This document shows, one piece after another, positions 52,780 to 64,000 of a DNA stretch of 64,000 bases. The DNA lies in contig OX597825.1 in the NCBI GenBank assembly GCA_951406725.2, forward strand, positions 1,922,001 to 1,986,000, in the 5' to 3' direction. Position 1 is the first letter of the stretch; each line of letters starts with the position of its first letter. The position numbers and the translations under genes are program-made. The stretch is from Octopus vulgaris. Its lineage: Eukaryota. The notes under the pieces are model-generated. The model did no database searches, was not told the DNA's origin, and worked only from the letters and a program-made list of their open reading frames with translations.

Positions 52780-54750
52780 CTTTTCATTAGCGTGTGTAGT
52801 CTGCATCTTTATTCTAACATTGTGCTATTATTATGAGAATTGCTTCCAGCATTAAGCGTATACTTTTTGTGAAGACGCTATACAGAATAGATATGTCCTC
52901 AGCCAATGTTTATTCGTCTGGTTTAGTTTTGCTTGATTTGGAATAATGCATTGTAATCGAGCCTGGCTATAAGTGCATGGCTGCAGGCAGAGGATCGCCG
53001 CAATTGTGTGGTTAATATAACAGCCACACGAGTGACGTTTAGAGAACTTTCAAGTTCATAATCGCATTTATAAATCACTTTCATCATTGGTAGCTGGATG
53101 TTTGTTATTAATACTGTTTTAATTTCAATATTTTACTAGAATATCATTAGACTTAGTTTATGGCTCGATGTAATGTATGCATTTTGTTTATTGATGTTTT
53201 TGAAAAATGTATTTCATCGATTCCATAGTTAGGTTCCATTGATTAAAATATGTAATAGAATTTATATGTGATTTGAGTATTTGTAAAAAGTGAAGCATCT
53301 GCTAATTTGTTGCGGTTTATTTATCTCTGTATTGTGCTGTTGTTTGGTCTTTTCGTTTCAGTGAATATATGTTGTTGATTGAGGGGCTTCTTTGACTTTG
53401 TAGATTTCTTTATTCTGTGTTTGTTTGTTGAGAAGAATGTAAATAATCTTCTAAGCAACGACTTTGATGTTGACGTTATGTATCTGCATAGAATTCTCCA
53501 TCTCCATCTTAGTCGAAGCATTTATTTGTGTCATTAGTGTAAACTCATGAGATATGTTATTTTCCATGTGAATATTTATATCTAGAGATGAAGCCATTTA
53601 ATTCCTAGGAGTTTTATTTGTTCTGTTTTGGATATTAGGTTTTAGGACAGAGCTGTTTTCTAGGCCATCCATTAATTTCTCAACGTTTCGTGCTGTCTCC
53701 ATTACAACAACGATATCATCCACGTCTCTTGTGAATATCGTATGTTTACGCCTTGGCAACGATATACATATTTTGTGCTGTGACTACATACAAGCTTGGG
53801 AATCGTGGGCCCAAGAGATAATCCACTACTATTCCATTTCTTGCGGGTAATGACAGAACAATTCTAATTGCTGTATGTTTGTCTGTGTAACGGGTAATTT
53901 TAGTTTTGGATGTTTGTGTATATGGTTTCTACTGATTCAGCCATAATAAACTTGCTAAGAAGACCTGTATCTAATGAGGAGATGTCTTGTACGGTCTTTA
54001 GGAAATATTCGGATAACCGTTAGAATATTTCTAAGGTGTGTACCTATCACCATGCTGTATTTGCTCTTGTCTACCAGGGTATTTATTTGAGATTTTATGA
54101 ATTGGATGTGAGGTTTTATTGTTTTTGTATTTTATCAGTTCAGTTGAAGTATTGGAGTGAATTTAAGTTCAATGAATGGGAAATAAGGGTCATGTATTCC
54201 TGTTTTTCGCCGTAATTGGTTTACTTATTTTAATTTTTAACTAGATGTAATTTTTGTAACATACACCCGGTTATCTTTAACCATGATTATAGATAAATTA
54301 ACGCTTCGGGTAGCGTACGATTATGCTGTTTAATACATAATGTTACATTTATTTCGGAGTGAGTCTTGAAGTTTATCGCCTACATCTATAAAGATTATAT
54401 TCCCCCGGTTTTTAAGGACTTGACATTTGTAGCTATACGACTATTGTACTTGAAAGTTGGAATTATTTTGGAGAGTATAATTTTCTGCAGTTGAATGTAC
54501 GCTGTGATAGGTTTAGAGATCTATCTGTACTGAGTTGGTAAAGCGATTTCTTTTCTGTGTGCCGTTCGATTAGTTTATTTATATTGCCGTGTCTAATTAG
54601 TCGTGAAAGAGATGTAAGCATATTATCAGAAACTGAGTATATATTGCTTAATAAAAGTTTCTTACTGACTGATTTATCGATATCATTCCTTAACGGTAGA
54701 GGTTCCACTTGTACGCATTTTATATCTTAAGTTGCTGCGCGTATTTGTTA
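52780..54750 (-). mobile_element. Degraded Penelope-like element (RT and GIY-YIG)
   Basis: NGIVV.LSLGPT (~53810-53845), RDVDDIVVV...LENSSVLK (~53640-53730), CGCYINHT (like C..YIG.T, ~53005-53030) and GSITMH...LMLEAILI (~52830-52965), in the expected order. Confidence 0.75.
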
Positions 54751-55080
54751 TTTGATCAATTTCTTCCGGAATCCTGACATACAAAATCTATTTTCGTTGT
54801 TTTATTGAGCAGTAATATAATTCTATACTGGGCGAACATATTTTCTTTTAGACATGCATTAGAAACACGACTGCATTCTATTGAAAATGCTTACCAAATG
54901 CTTCTCTTTAAATTTGCGTATGGTTTCTTTGGAGTTGGTTTGAAATCTTAGTCTTCATAAAGCTAACATCATGAATTATATATATCTAGCTATCTATCTA
55001 TCTAACTATCTATCTATCCATCTCTCTCTCGGTCTCTCTGTCTGTCTGTCTCTCTCTCTCTCTGTCTCTGTCTGTCTGTT

Positions 55081-55136
<56 letters not shown>

Positions 55137-55304
55137 GACTGACATTATGTCGCATCGGATCCGCAGGTAAACCCCCTTTTCCGACGTTTTATTGCACATA
55201 TCTTGTTTCAATTTTTGCACACAAGGTGTGTAAAAACACCCAGTTTTCGCTTGAGTGTGTTTCCAAGGGAGGAAGTGTCCCCCGGGGGAGGGGAGTATCC
55301 GTGA

Positions 55305-55895
55305 CAACCTCTATCTGATGCGCTACATCATAGACAGGGTAGTTAAGGATCCTGGCATGGGTGGGGCGCTGATCAATTTGGATTAATCAAAAGCTTTTGA
55401 TAGGGTCGACCATCACTACTTGGAGGCTGTCCTTAAAGCGACTGGTTTCGGTCCCATCTTCTGCGTTTGGATCGCTGCACCATACAGCGGCATCCGCTCT
55501 GTAGTTCGCGTAAATGGTCATCAATCCAGACCATTTAACATCATGTGTTCGGTTCGTCAAGGATGCCCCCTCTCGTGGCTTCTGTATGTATTGACACTTG
55601 AGGCATTACTGCGGAGGCTGGCGACGCTGAGGGGCATCCGACGTGTGCTGGGAAGCGGGAGGGGCGTGTCTGCATAAGCGGACGACGTCACCGTCATAGT
55701 GTCGAGCCACAAGCACATCGACCTGGTCTGCGAGATACTTAAAGAATACGAAGCGGTAACAGGAGCAAAAATTAACCGGGAAAAGTCAGTGGGCTTGCGG
55801 CTCGGCACCTGGAGAAGCAAGCCCATGCTGTCCAATAGCGTCTCCATCGTGGAGCCCTGGATCGACGGACCTGTTAAATTGCTCAGAGCCTGGTG
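55305..55895 (+). mobile_element. Tx1/L1-clade LINE reverse transcriptase fragment (pseudogene)
   Basis: LINLD*SKAFDRVDH.YL..VL...GFGP...VRQGCPLS.LLY.L.LE...SA*ADDV...YEAVTGAKINREKS; two in-frame stops, one within the YADD motif. Confidence 0.95.
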
Positions 55896-55932
55896 TTCGG
55901 CGAAACCACTTTGAGTATGATCCTGTAAATCG

Positions 55933-55978
<46 letters not shown>

Positions 55979-56186
55979 TTTGCTTTCATGTGTTTATTCC
56001 TTCCCTGCTTGAGGTTACCGTAGTCTTTTCTGTAGGCTTTTCTTTCCACGGATAAACCTAATCTTGGTTCTTACATTTTAAAGATTTCTTCTGTGATACA
56101 CAACCCCTTTTGATTGCCTTTTTTTCCCCCGACCCCTTTTAATCGGAATTTTACTTTTTTACTTTTTTCTTTTTTCTCTTTTTCTC

Positions 56187-56278
<92 letters not shown>

Positions 56279-56434
56279 CACACACACACGCACACATGTA
56301 TATTGAGTTACATAGTCACATTACGTATTTATACAAATGTATTATATTTAATACATGCACACACACATCCATTTATACAAACATACATACATATATTCAA
56401 TCATAGGCACAAGTATGCACACACGTTACGTATG

Positions 56435-56473
<39 letters not shown>

Positions 56474-57175
56474 ATGTAGGTATATATATACGTATATATA
56501 AATACACACACACACATATATATGTGTATATATATACATGCCTTAGAGTGTACACACATCTACGTACATGTGTGAGGAGTGTTGTATGTGTATATACGGC
56601 GCAACACCAATTATTGATACATTTTGTGTAACAATATTGCAAACACATATTCATGTTTTGCTTCTGACGTAAGGTGGCGGTTTACATAGGGCAACCAGAT
56701 TAATTAATAGGATCAATATATGATTTGTAAAGAATAATTACCCATTAGACTCCAGGTGATTTTTACAATTATTCAGGTATGTTATATGACTATAGACTTA
56801 ATAATTAATTTGCAACGAATAATTAGGAAAACTTAACAGCAATTAGCGAAGTTGGTTTCAATGTTCAAAACTACCTGCTTTGACAAAAGTTAAAAGAAGT
56901 CAGCCATTCACGTCATCAGCCGAGTCGACGATATAAGCAGCATCTTTTCACATTGAAATATATCCTCCTGTGTGCTATATGCGCGTGCGCACACACACAC
57001 ACACGCATACACACACATTATCACACAGGCATACACACACTCAATTTCACACATACTTGAATACATACATATAGAGTACAAGCAAATATATGTAACTGTA
57101 TATGTACATACATATGTTCATAGATAGGTCTATACACATACATGCGTACATACATATATATATATATGAATATAT

Positions 57176-57225
<50 letters not shown>

Positions 57226-57639
57226 GTTTACTGTTCGATTAATGTAAGATCTATAAAGACTGAATTCCATTCAGTGAGAGATAAATATAATTTAATGTAC
57301 ACAATATACGAGTTGCTAATAGTTTCTGGGTTTGGTGACATGAGGTTAGACAGGTTTTTATAATACGCTTTGTGTCTCTAAGCAATCGGCGAGCTCTGAG
57401 CACATCGTCTATTTTATTTGTAAATGAGGAAGCTGGTACATGAGAAATCAATAGAGAAAACGAAAAAGTAGGTGTAAAAATGGGAAGGGTGAATAAAAAC
57501 GGAAAAAAAAAGAGAACGAAAAGAAAGAAATTAGACTTCTGCCCTCCTTTGACCGTAAAGCCATAATCAATCCAAGCGTAGAACAAGTCAAGAGAATGGG
57601 GTGCAAAGCCTGTGAGACAGTTGCCAAATCCGGAGAGGG

Positions 57640-57850
57640 TGGTGTTCTCCAGTTCGCCAAAAGAAATTTGTTCATATGCTTTCGTTTGCTGAAAATTTCA
57701 GAACCGGAATTCAGTAGTATAGTGGTATTCTTAACGTGGGTTTCTCTACGATTCTCCACTAGATTGTATGTGGTGTGCAGTTGGTCTTCAGATCCCATAC
57801 ACGCCTAGTCAACTTGTGGCTTTTCTTTTATCGATGTTCCGGAAAAAAGA
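57640..57850 (-). mobile_element. Penelope-like GIY-YIG extreme C-terminus
   Basis: ORF 57448-57798 contains LLNSGSEIFSKRKHMNKFLLAN (like LLNxRSExxSKCRHxNKFLL). Confidence 0.65.
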
Positions 57851-58049
57851 TAGGTGGTTTGAATAATGTCTTTTGAAATCTCCTTCACATAAACCGATGT
57901 ATTTTTTTTACAGTTAGTTTATTTTGTAGCGTAACTGCGACTTATGCCTCATATACGACTCAGTTTATCGTACACGTCTGGTCAAGTGGGCAAGCTCATT
58001 TACAGTTAATACTATCTCCACTCTTGCAAGAAAACACCGTGAATATAAC

Positions 58050-59510
58050 ACGGTTACGAGCGAATACAGTTGCTTGACATGGTAGAAATAGCAATCAAAT
58101 ATTCCTTAAGTTATAATTTACAGGTTAGTGATGACTTCAGATGATGCAGAACTAGATATAAAAGGTTAAAAAGACAAAATGGCCACACTAGAATACTTGA
58201 TTAGGTTTACTTCATTAGGAATTACCTTCATATAATTAGCCATTCGTTGCTATACGGTCATTCGACATGTTAAAAATAGCCTGCTAAATTTCTTTAAAAA
58301 TTATTGCCTACCTTTTTAAGTGGAATAGGAGATGTAGGACTATGTTGTTTCTGATACATAATCAGATTTAGTTTCTACGACTGAGAGGTCAAAGGAAATT
58401 TATTGTACATCATTATGTTTATCAATGCCAGAGATTTATTTCCACTTACTCCCCTTGAACTACCTCGCTGCTCATATTTTCCTCTGTAGCCGTCGATCGC
58501 AGTTACCGAATGACGCATTCAGTGCGTTTACATCCCCTGCTTCCCTCATAACCTCTTTCTCAAGATTGAACCAAAGCAAATTAAAGCAGAAAGCAAAAAA
58601 AACAAAAACAAAATCCAAAAATGAAAGTAAGAGTGGTTTCGGACTTTGGCCGAAAGCTAGCAATTTGGCGGGGAGGGGATGTCTGTTACATGGACCTTAG
58701 TGCCAAACTGATACTTATTTTGTCGACCCCGAATGTATGAAAAGTAAAGTTGACCTCGGTGGAATTTGAACTCAGAACGTAAAAACGGATGAAATGCCGC
58801 TAAACATTTTGTCCGGCGTGCTAAATATTTTACCAGGTCACCGTGTTAAAGTATGGAATAATATCGGTCAACAGAATATATTGCTTGATCTACAAAGAAT
58901 AGCTACGAAATCACCCTCAAATCTTACTCCAGTTATGTCCTGAATACGCCCTGAATGTCGACATCTTGCTCAGGCGAATAGATTCAAATGGAACGAGACA
59001 CAGCAAAAAATCCCAAACTTAAAAACGAAAAACAAAAATCGAAACACAAATATGAAAATGTCCGCACCTAAGAGAGCGCTCCTATATGGTCACTTGAACT
59101 GCTAGTTATGGCAACCAAAGCAAATGCTAATATCGTAAATTGACGAAAGAGGGCTAAGTAGTTTCATAGACCCGCTAAAGTTAACAGCCACATCAACCTA
59201 AAGCTGACTTTTAAAGTAAATTATGCAAACTGCGTCGAGGAGAAGGCAAGGATGCGTTCGACCATTCTTAGATTAATGAGAGATGATCCACGGTTAAAAC
59301 AAGAACAAAAAATTCAGCTACACCACAGGACCAATAAATCGCAGTGGAAATGTCCGTCAGGTCATACCCTGTTGCCTTAAATAAATTTACATTGAATAAT
59401 ATAGTGGTTGATATACAAAGAGACAAGATGGTCACGAGTGGAATGCCTTTGACTATATCTCTGTAGGATCAGAGTTGTTCTGAGACTACGCTACAAAAGC
59501 AACCACAGCA
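58050..59510 (-). repeat. Cluster of old repeat family D copies
   Basis: Repeated TAGAAATAGC..CCAAA-like and GATGGTCAC..GTGGAATGCCTTTGA motifs, the reverse of those at 21510-21910. Confidence 0.5.
58630..58845 (-). mobile_element. SINE family B
   Basis: TACTTATTTTGTCGACCCCGAA...GGAATTTGAACTCAGAACGT...GGCGTGCTAA. Confidence 0.88.
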
Positions 59511-60599
59511 ACAATAACAACAACAATACAGAGAAGTATTACTTACCAACTTGTTTGTTTCCGCAAGATTATGTTGAGAGATTATGTACACGTTTCTCTG
59601 CATCGCAGTCCATGTTTTTATGACAATACAGAAATAAACGTTTGATGTGCTCCATACATTGATGGGTTTATTTTAAGCGTTGGCTGTTTTCACATTGCGT
59701 CGATGTGTGTATAATCGTGTAAATACTACACGCCGAGTAAAATTACATTGTCTCCGGAGGCGTTAGTATTATACGACTCGTTTATCAAATACGTATTTGC
59801 AATACACAGCTGATATTCTAGAAGTGTATTTGGTATCTGATAAATTTACTGTTCTCAGCGAACTGAGATGCTGTTGCTGTCAAGTTACAAGTGTGTAATT
59901 TTGTCGCCTAACTTGATCACATGGCATAAGGAAATCATCACTGCTATATTAGAAAAACAAATGTTCTGTAGTACTTTATACATAAGTCAGAAATACATAC
60001 ATACATGCAGGCGCGCACATACACACATACACACACCCATGTTTTTATGATTTTTTTATCATAAATATGTTCATATTTTCGAACAAAATAAACGTCAAAT
60101 AGGTTTTCGATTTCGTCGTTGTACTTGTTGAGCAAATGACTTCATTGAAGACCGTCTGTTGTTGCATCTAACCATTTTAACCATTCAAAGACACAACTAT
60201 TGAATTTATTTTGCAACGATTTCACTGAGGTGTCAAAATATTTGTTATGCAACCGTCTCCTGATCAATGCCACAGTTTCACTCTAATGGAAATAGAATAA
60301 ATGCAAACCTACCAGCTTTTGTGTATTTTTAAAAAGCCAAAATCCTTCTTCCACGATGATCCCACATTTCCCGGATGTTCTGTTTCAGCTATTATTATTA
60401 AATATTATGTTAGCCAAGTCGTTTAAAACGTACAATGCATTGGTTTGCGGTTAGAAGGGAAAAGTTCTAATGCTTCGGACTCTACGTTATGAAGTCGCTC
60501 ACTAACACACTCCAATATCTCTGCTCCAGAAATTTACTCTCTACTGATTCTTCCTCATTTATTAATATTGCAAGTGACCTCTGATCCTCAGATCTGACT

Positions 60600-60810
60600 T
60601 AGCCCAAACCATCTTTACTTTGGCACACCTCACTCACTCGTCTCCATTTCTCTCGTCATGCGTATTGTGTTCAGCCCCAGAACCTGCATTAGTCAGTTTG
60701 AACATTCTTTTCTCTTCGGAATGTCGGCTCTATGGAAATTTTTCCCTCTCCATCTTCTTCTACAGCTGTTAACGTGATGTTGTTCAAGGATAACACAAAC
60801 CGCATCAATG
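60600..60810 (+). mobile_element. Degraded CR1/L2-group LINE 3' end
   Basis: PRTCISQFEHSFLFGMSALWKFFP...VNVMLFKDNTNRIN (like SFFxRxxxLWNxLP...FK). Confidence 0.55.
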
Positions 60811-60889
60811 GAAAGTGACTTCGAAGGAGGCTTCGGAAGCAGTCTCTTCCTTTAGACCAAACCTTAGCGCGCCTCCAAAAAACCCCAGT

Positions 60890-61340
60890 ATTTTAGTATT
60901 TAAACTAGAATCATCACAGTTGCCAGTAGTTTAAATCAAACTCAGCTTATTGATGAATCTGAGTCAAAACTGATGCTATAAACCAGTGTCAAAATGTCAA
61001 ACCAAACTTAACAACGTTACATAGTAATTAAGCCAAAATCAACACTGCTGCATGTACATCACAGTTGACTTTCTCTGATATTAGTTGGTAAACCAGTCTC
61101 AGCCCTATTGTTTGTAGTTATACCAAAGTTACTTCTCATAGTAATGGTTAAATGCGAGACAACTTTGATTATCATAGGGGAACTAGCTGTTGAAAGATAA
61201 ATTAGAGACGACTTTTTATACTAGCAATTTAATCAGAATCAACTCTGAGTTAGCTGTTATAGCAGTCAAATCTGATGTTAATAGTTAAATCGTAATCAAC
61301 TATTAGGCTAGTAGCTCGACTATTTCTGACGTTACTTGAT
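60890..61340. repeat. Degenerate ~30-bp minisatellite
   Basis: Recurring unit approximating TAGTAGTTAAATCAGAATCAACTCTGATG; see findings. Confidence 0.65.
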
Positions 61341-63284
61341 AAAATAGAACAAATTTACATAAATTCAATCTGCCAACGTTGGCAGCTAAGCAGATGATAC
61401 AAGACTAGCGTACAATTAAAACATATACATTTTCTAAACAATGCGAGTCAAATAAATTCTATCACACTCCAATTTTCATTTCTAAGTTGGAATCTTATGC
61501 ATTAATTTAACATTATGCATTATTGTAGTGTTTTCACTGATACAGCTCGATTACATTGTAATTTATATATTATCCATTAACGTTTATATATATTTACAAA
61601 TAGAAGTAAAAATAATTATTTCAATGAAATCATATCTCATCTCTGATATCTTTTGACTTTTCATTCTGATATAAAGTTATTTGGCATAATCTAATATTTC
61701 AATTACATCTCACGGAGACGCCTCTGTCAATTTTATTCAATTGATGCTTGCTGGGACACAGTGGCTACATTTCCTCCTTGATTGCTAAGAGTGAATTTTC
61801 GTCACATGTTCGTGAGAGTCTATTTTCCGAGTTAATGTGGTCTCTTTAATATTTATCTTTTACAGGATAAGAGACGGCCATTAAGTGTCAGTATTCATTT
61901 TCGTGTACTGGACAATAATTAGAAGTGAAAACCTTGGGAAAATTTTTGCATATTTTGACGCTTGCCTTGATAAGTCAGACTTACAATGTGTGAATAAATC
62001 GATTCCAGTGTGTCTTTGTGAAAACCATATTTTTGAAGTAAATGTTTAGTCAATTTGTCACACTGCCCATATAGCTATGACCCTATAAAGTGAGGAGACA
62101 AGGAGTGGTTTTCAAATTCGCTACTTCCTCATTAGTTATAGATATTTCAACTAACGTTTTCCATTTCATGTATTTTAAATGTATTATTTATGGACCATGT
62201 AATTTTTGTGACTTTCTTTGAGAACACGCTACTGTTTATTGTACTTGCTTCCTATTAACGATTTAATTAAATTAGTGAACCACTATTTTACGTTTCGTTG
62301 ATCATGTTTATACACATTTATTGCTTTTGTAGTTTTACATTTGTTTTTCTTTTCATAAAAAACTACAACTCTACTAACTGACTTTTGGGTGTATGTAGTA
62401 GAATCCATTTTGTTGCACGTATTTATAGTCTGAAGATCGCTCAACTGACGTCCGGATTACAACTGCGCACTCTCTTGGCTAGAACTAACATTTGTTACAT
62501 GTTGTAGATTCTCGGAAGCCCATCTGCTGCTATAAGGGGCCAGCTGGGCTATTTACAGAGATAAAAATATTGGTTAAGACTGATTCATGTTGCGTATTTT
62601 CTCCCTTCTCATAACGTTAACCGAAACTAAGAAAAAAACTCACTTGCAGTGACTAATTTAGATATCTTATGAAAATACATATCTTACGAAACTATTTGTC
62701 ATTAATACTGTTACACAGTCATGTTCTATGTATATTGTTTTCTCAGGTCATTTGAAGGATGTTTCCTACACCTGGATACAAATCGCAAAACCATCAAAGC
62801 CAATTTTGCAGTTATTGATTTCAGAGATATACTGTTATTGTCTATACTCCCGTCGCTTCCCAGACTTTAAGAATATTATCATGTGTACAGTTTTTTATAT
62901 TTAATTTCACAATATGAGTTTCCATTTTTAGCCATAAACCAATAAATATCGATTTGCAGCACACTTCGCCAATCATTACAATCTATACAAATTTATACCA
63001 GAATGAATTCTGAATTCTTGCATTCTGTCTAAGTACCTAATACTACGCTGGTGTTTTTGGTGGGTGTTTTTAGTACAATAAAATTTGGTCAGTGTCAGAA
63101 GTGATATCACAGTTCGTTATAATATTTGTGGTACAGGGCTTAGAATTGTTCAAATACCGAAGTCTAACTTTCAAATTCTAACACCGAATGAAAACATATC
63201 AAAGGTCTACTGTTGTACGAAGAAAGCATCAAGTTTGATATTATTCCCAAATTTTACCATTTCTTTGTAATGTACAGTAAATTG

Positions 63285-63460
63285 TTAAAATCGGTAACGC
63301 GATAGGCATTCAGAGTTCACATTCCTTCAAGTGAACATTATCTTGTAACCTTGCTTGATAAAACAAAGCCCCTGCCAAGTTCAGTGTACAGGGTTCCAGG
63401 ACTCAGTTAATTATGTCATTTCTAGAAAATATTTGGTGATGTACCTTATTTTTAGAAAGT
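63285..63460 (+). mobile_element. Very degenerate SINE family B
   Basis: AATCGGTAACGC...TTCAGAGTTCACATTCC...GATAAAACAAAG. Confidence 0.45.
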
Positions 63461-63640
63461 AAGCCTTCCTAATTTAGTATTGTGTGTAATAATAAGCAGC
63501 CATCATATGATGTTTTGATTATCGCTGTTTCTGTCGTACAATTTCGAAGGTTTTTGTCTAGTTTTATCATATCGGATTCCTTTTCCAACCTGTTAACTTG
63601 CAGGAACATAAACATGCAATATCGGCCGTCAAGTTGTGTG

Positions 63641-63860
63641 CGACACACACAAACACAAACACATACACACAAACATATACATACACACACACACACACAC
63701 ACACATACACACACACACACACACTCACACACAAACACACATACAAACACAAACACACACACACACTAACACATACAGAGACACACAGAGACACACAGAC
63801 ACACACAGACACACACAGAGACACAGACACACACACACACACACACGCGCGCGCGCGCAT
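63641..63860. repeat. (CA)-rich / (CACAGA)n compound repeat
   Basis: Read directly from the sequence. Confidence 0.95.
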
Positions 63861-63864
63861 ACGA

Positions 63865-63998
63865 CAGCTGAATTCACTCGCAAAGGCATTGGCTAGCCCG
63901 AAGCTATAGTAGAAGACATTTCCCAAGATGTCGTACACAGTGACTGAGCCTGAAAACATGGCTGCAATGCAAACACTTATCAGCCTTGCATTCGCCTG
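63865..63998 (-). mobile_element. SINE family A, 5' part, degenerate
   Basis: AAGGC.TTGG...CCCGAAGCTATAGTAGAAGACATTTCCCAAG is the reverse complement of the family A CORE-like segment. Confidence 0.75.
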
Positions 63999-64000
63999 TT

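Noticed and set aside
60890-61340. CRISPR-like periodicity
   Set aside because: Units are contiguous and degenerate with no repeat-spacer alternation and no cas genes, in a eukaryotic context.

Overview
AT-rich, microsatellite-dense eukaryotic non-coding DNA (intron or gene desert). The SINE families and simple-repeat load point to an octopod cephalopod; this is inferred from recalled repeat consensus sequences, not from a database search. No intact host protein-coding gene, rRNA, true tRNA or CRISPR array is supportable, and almost all ORFs in the track are translated microsatellites. The window is a transposon graveyard: Tigger/pogo, hAT, Tc1, four mariner copies, a maT-like element, RTE, CR1/L2, Tx1/L1, R4/Dong-type and Penelope-like retroelement fragments, many tRNA-derived SINE copies (two with clear target-site duplications), a foldback MITE and a Helitron-like 3' end. 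I found no convincing novel biological system. Best leads: (1) an R4/Dong-type LINE stacked in tandem, associated with (CATA)n and carrying it in its 3' UTR; (2) a ~600-bp cluster at 44.45-45.05 kb with a hammerhead-ribozyme-like core, a hairpin with 36-bp arms and a Helitron-like end; (3) a chain of minus-strand non-coding exon-like segments; (4) a cryptic degenerate 30-bp tandem repeat. Boundaries of degraded elements are approximate and all homologies were read by eye.
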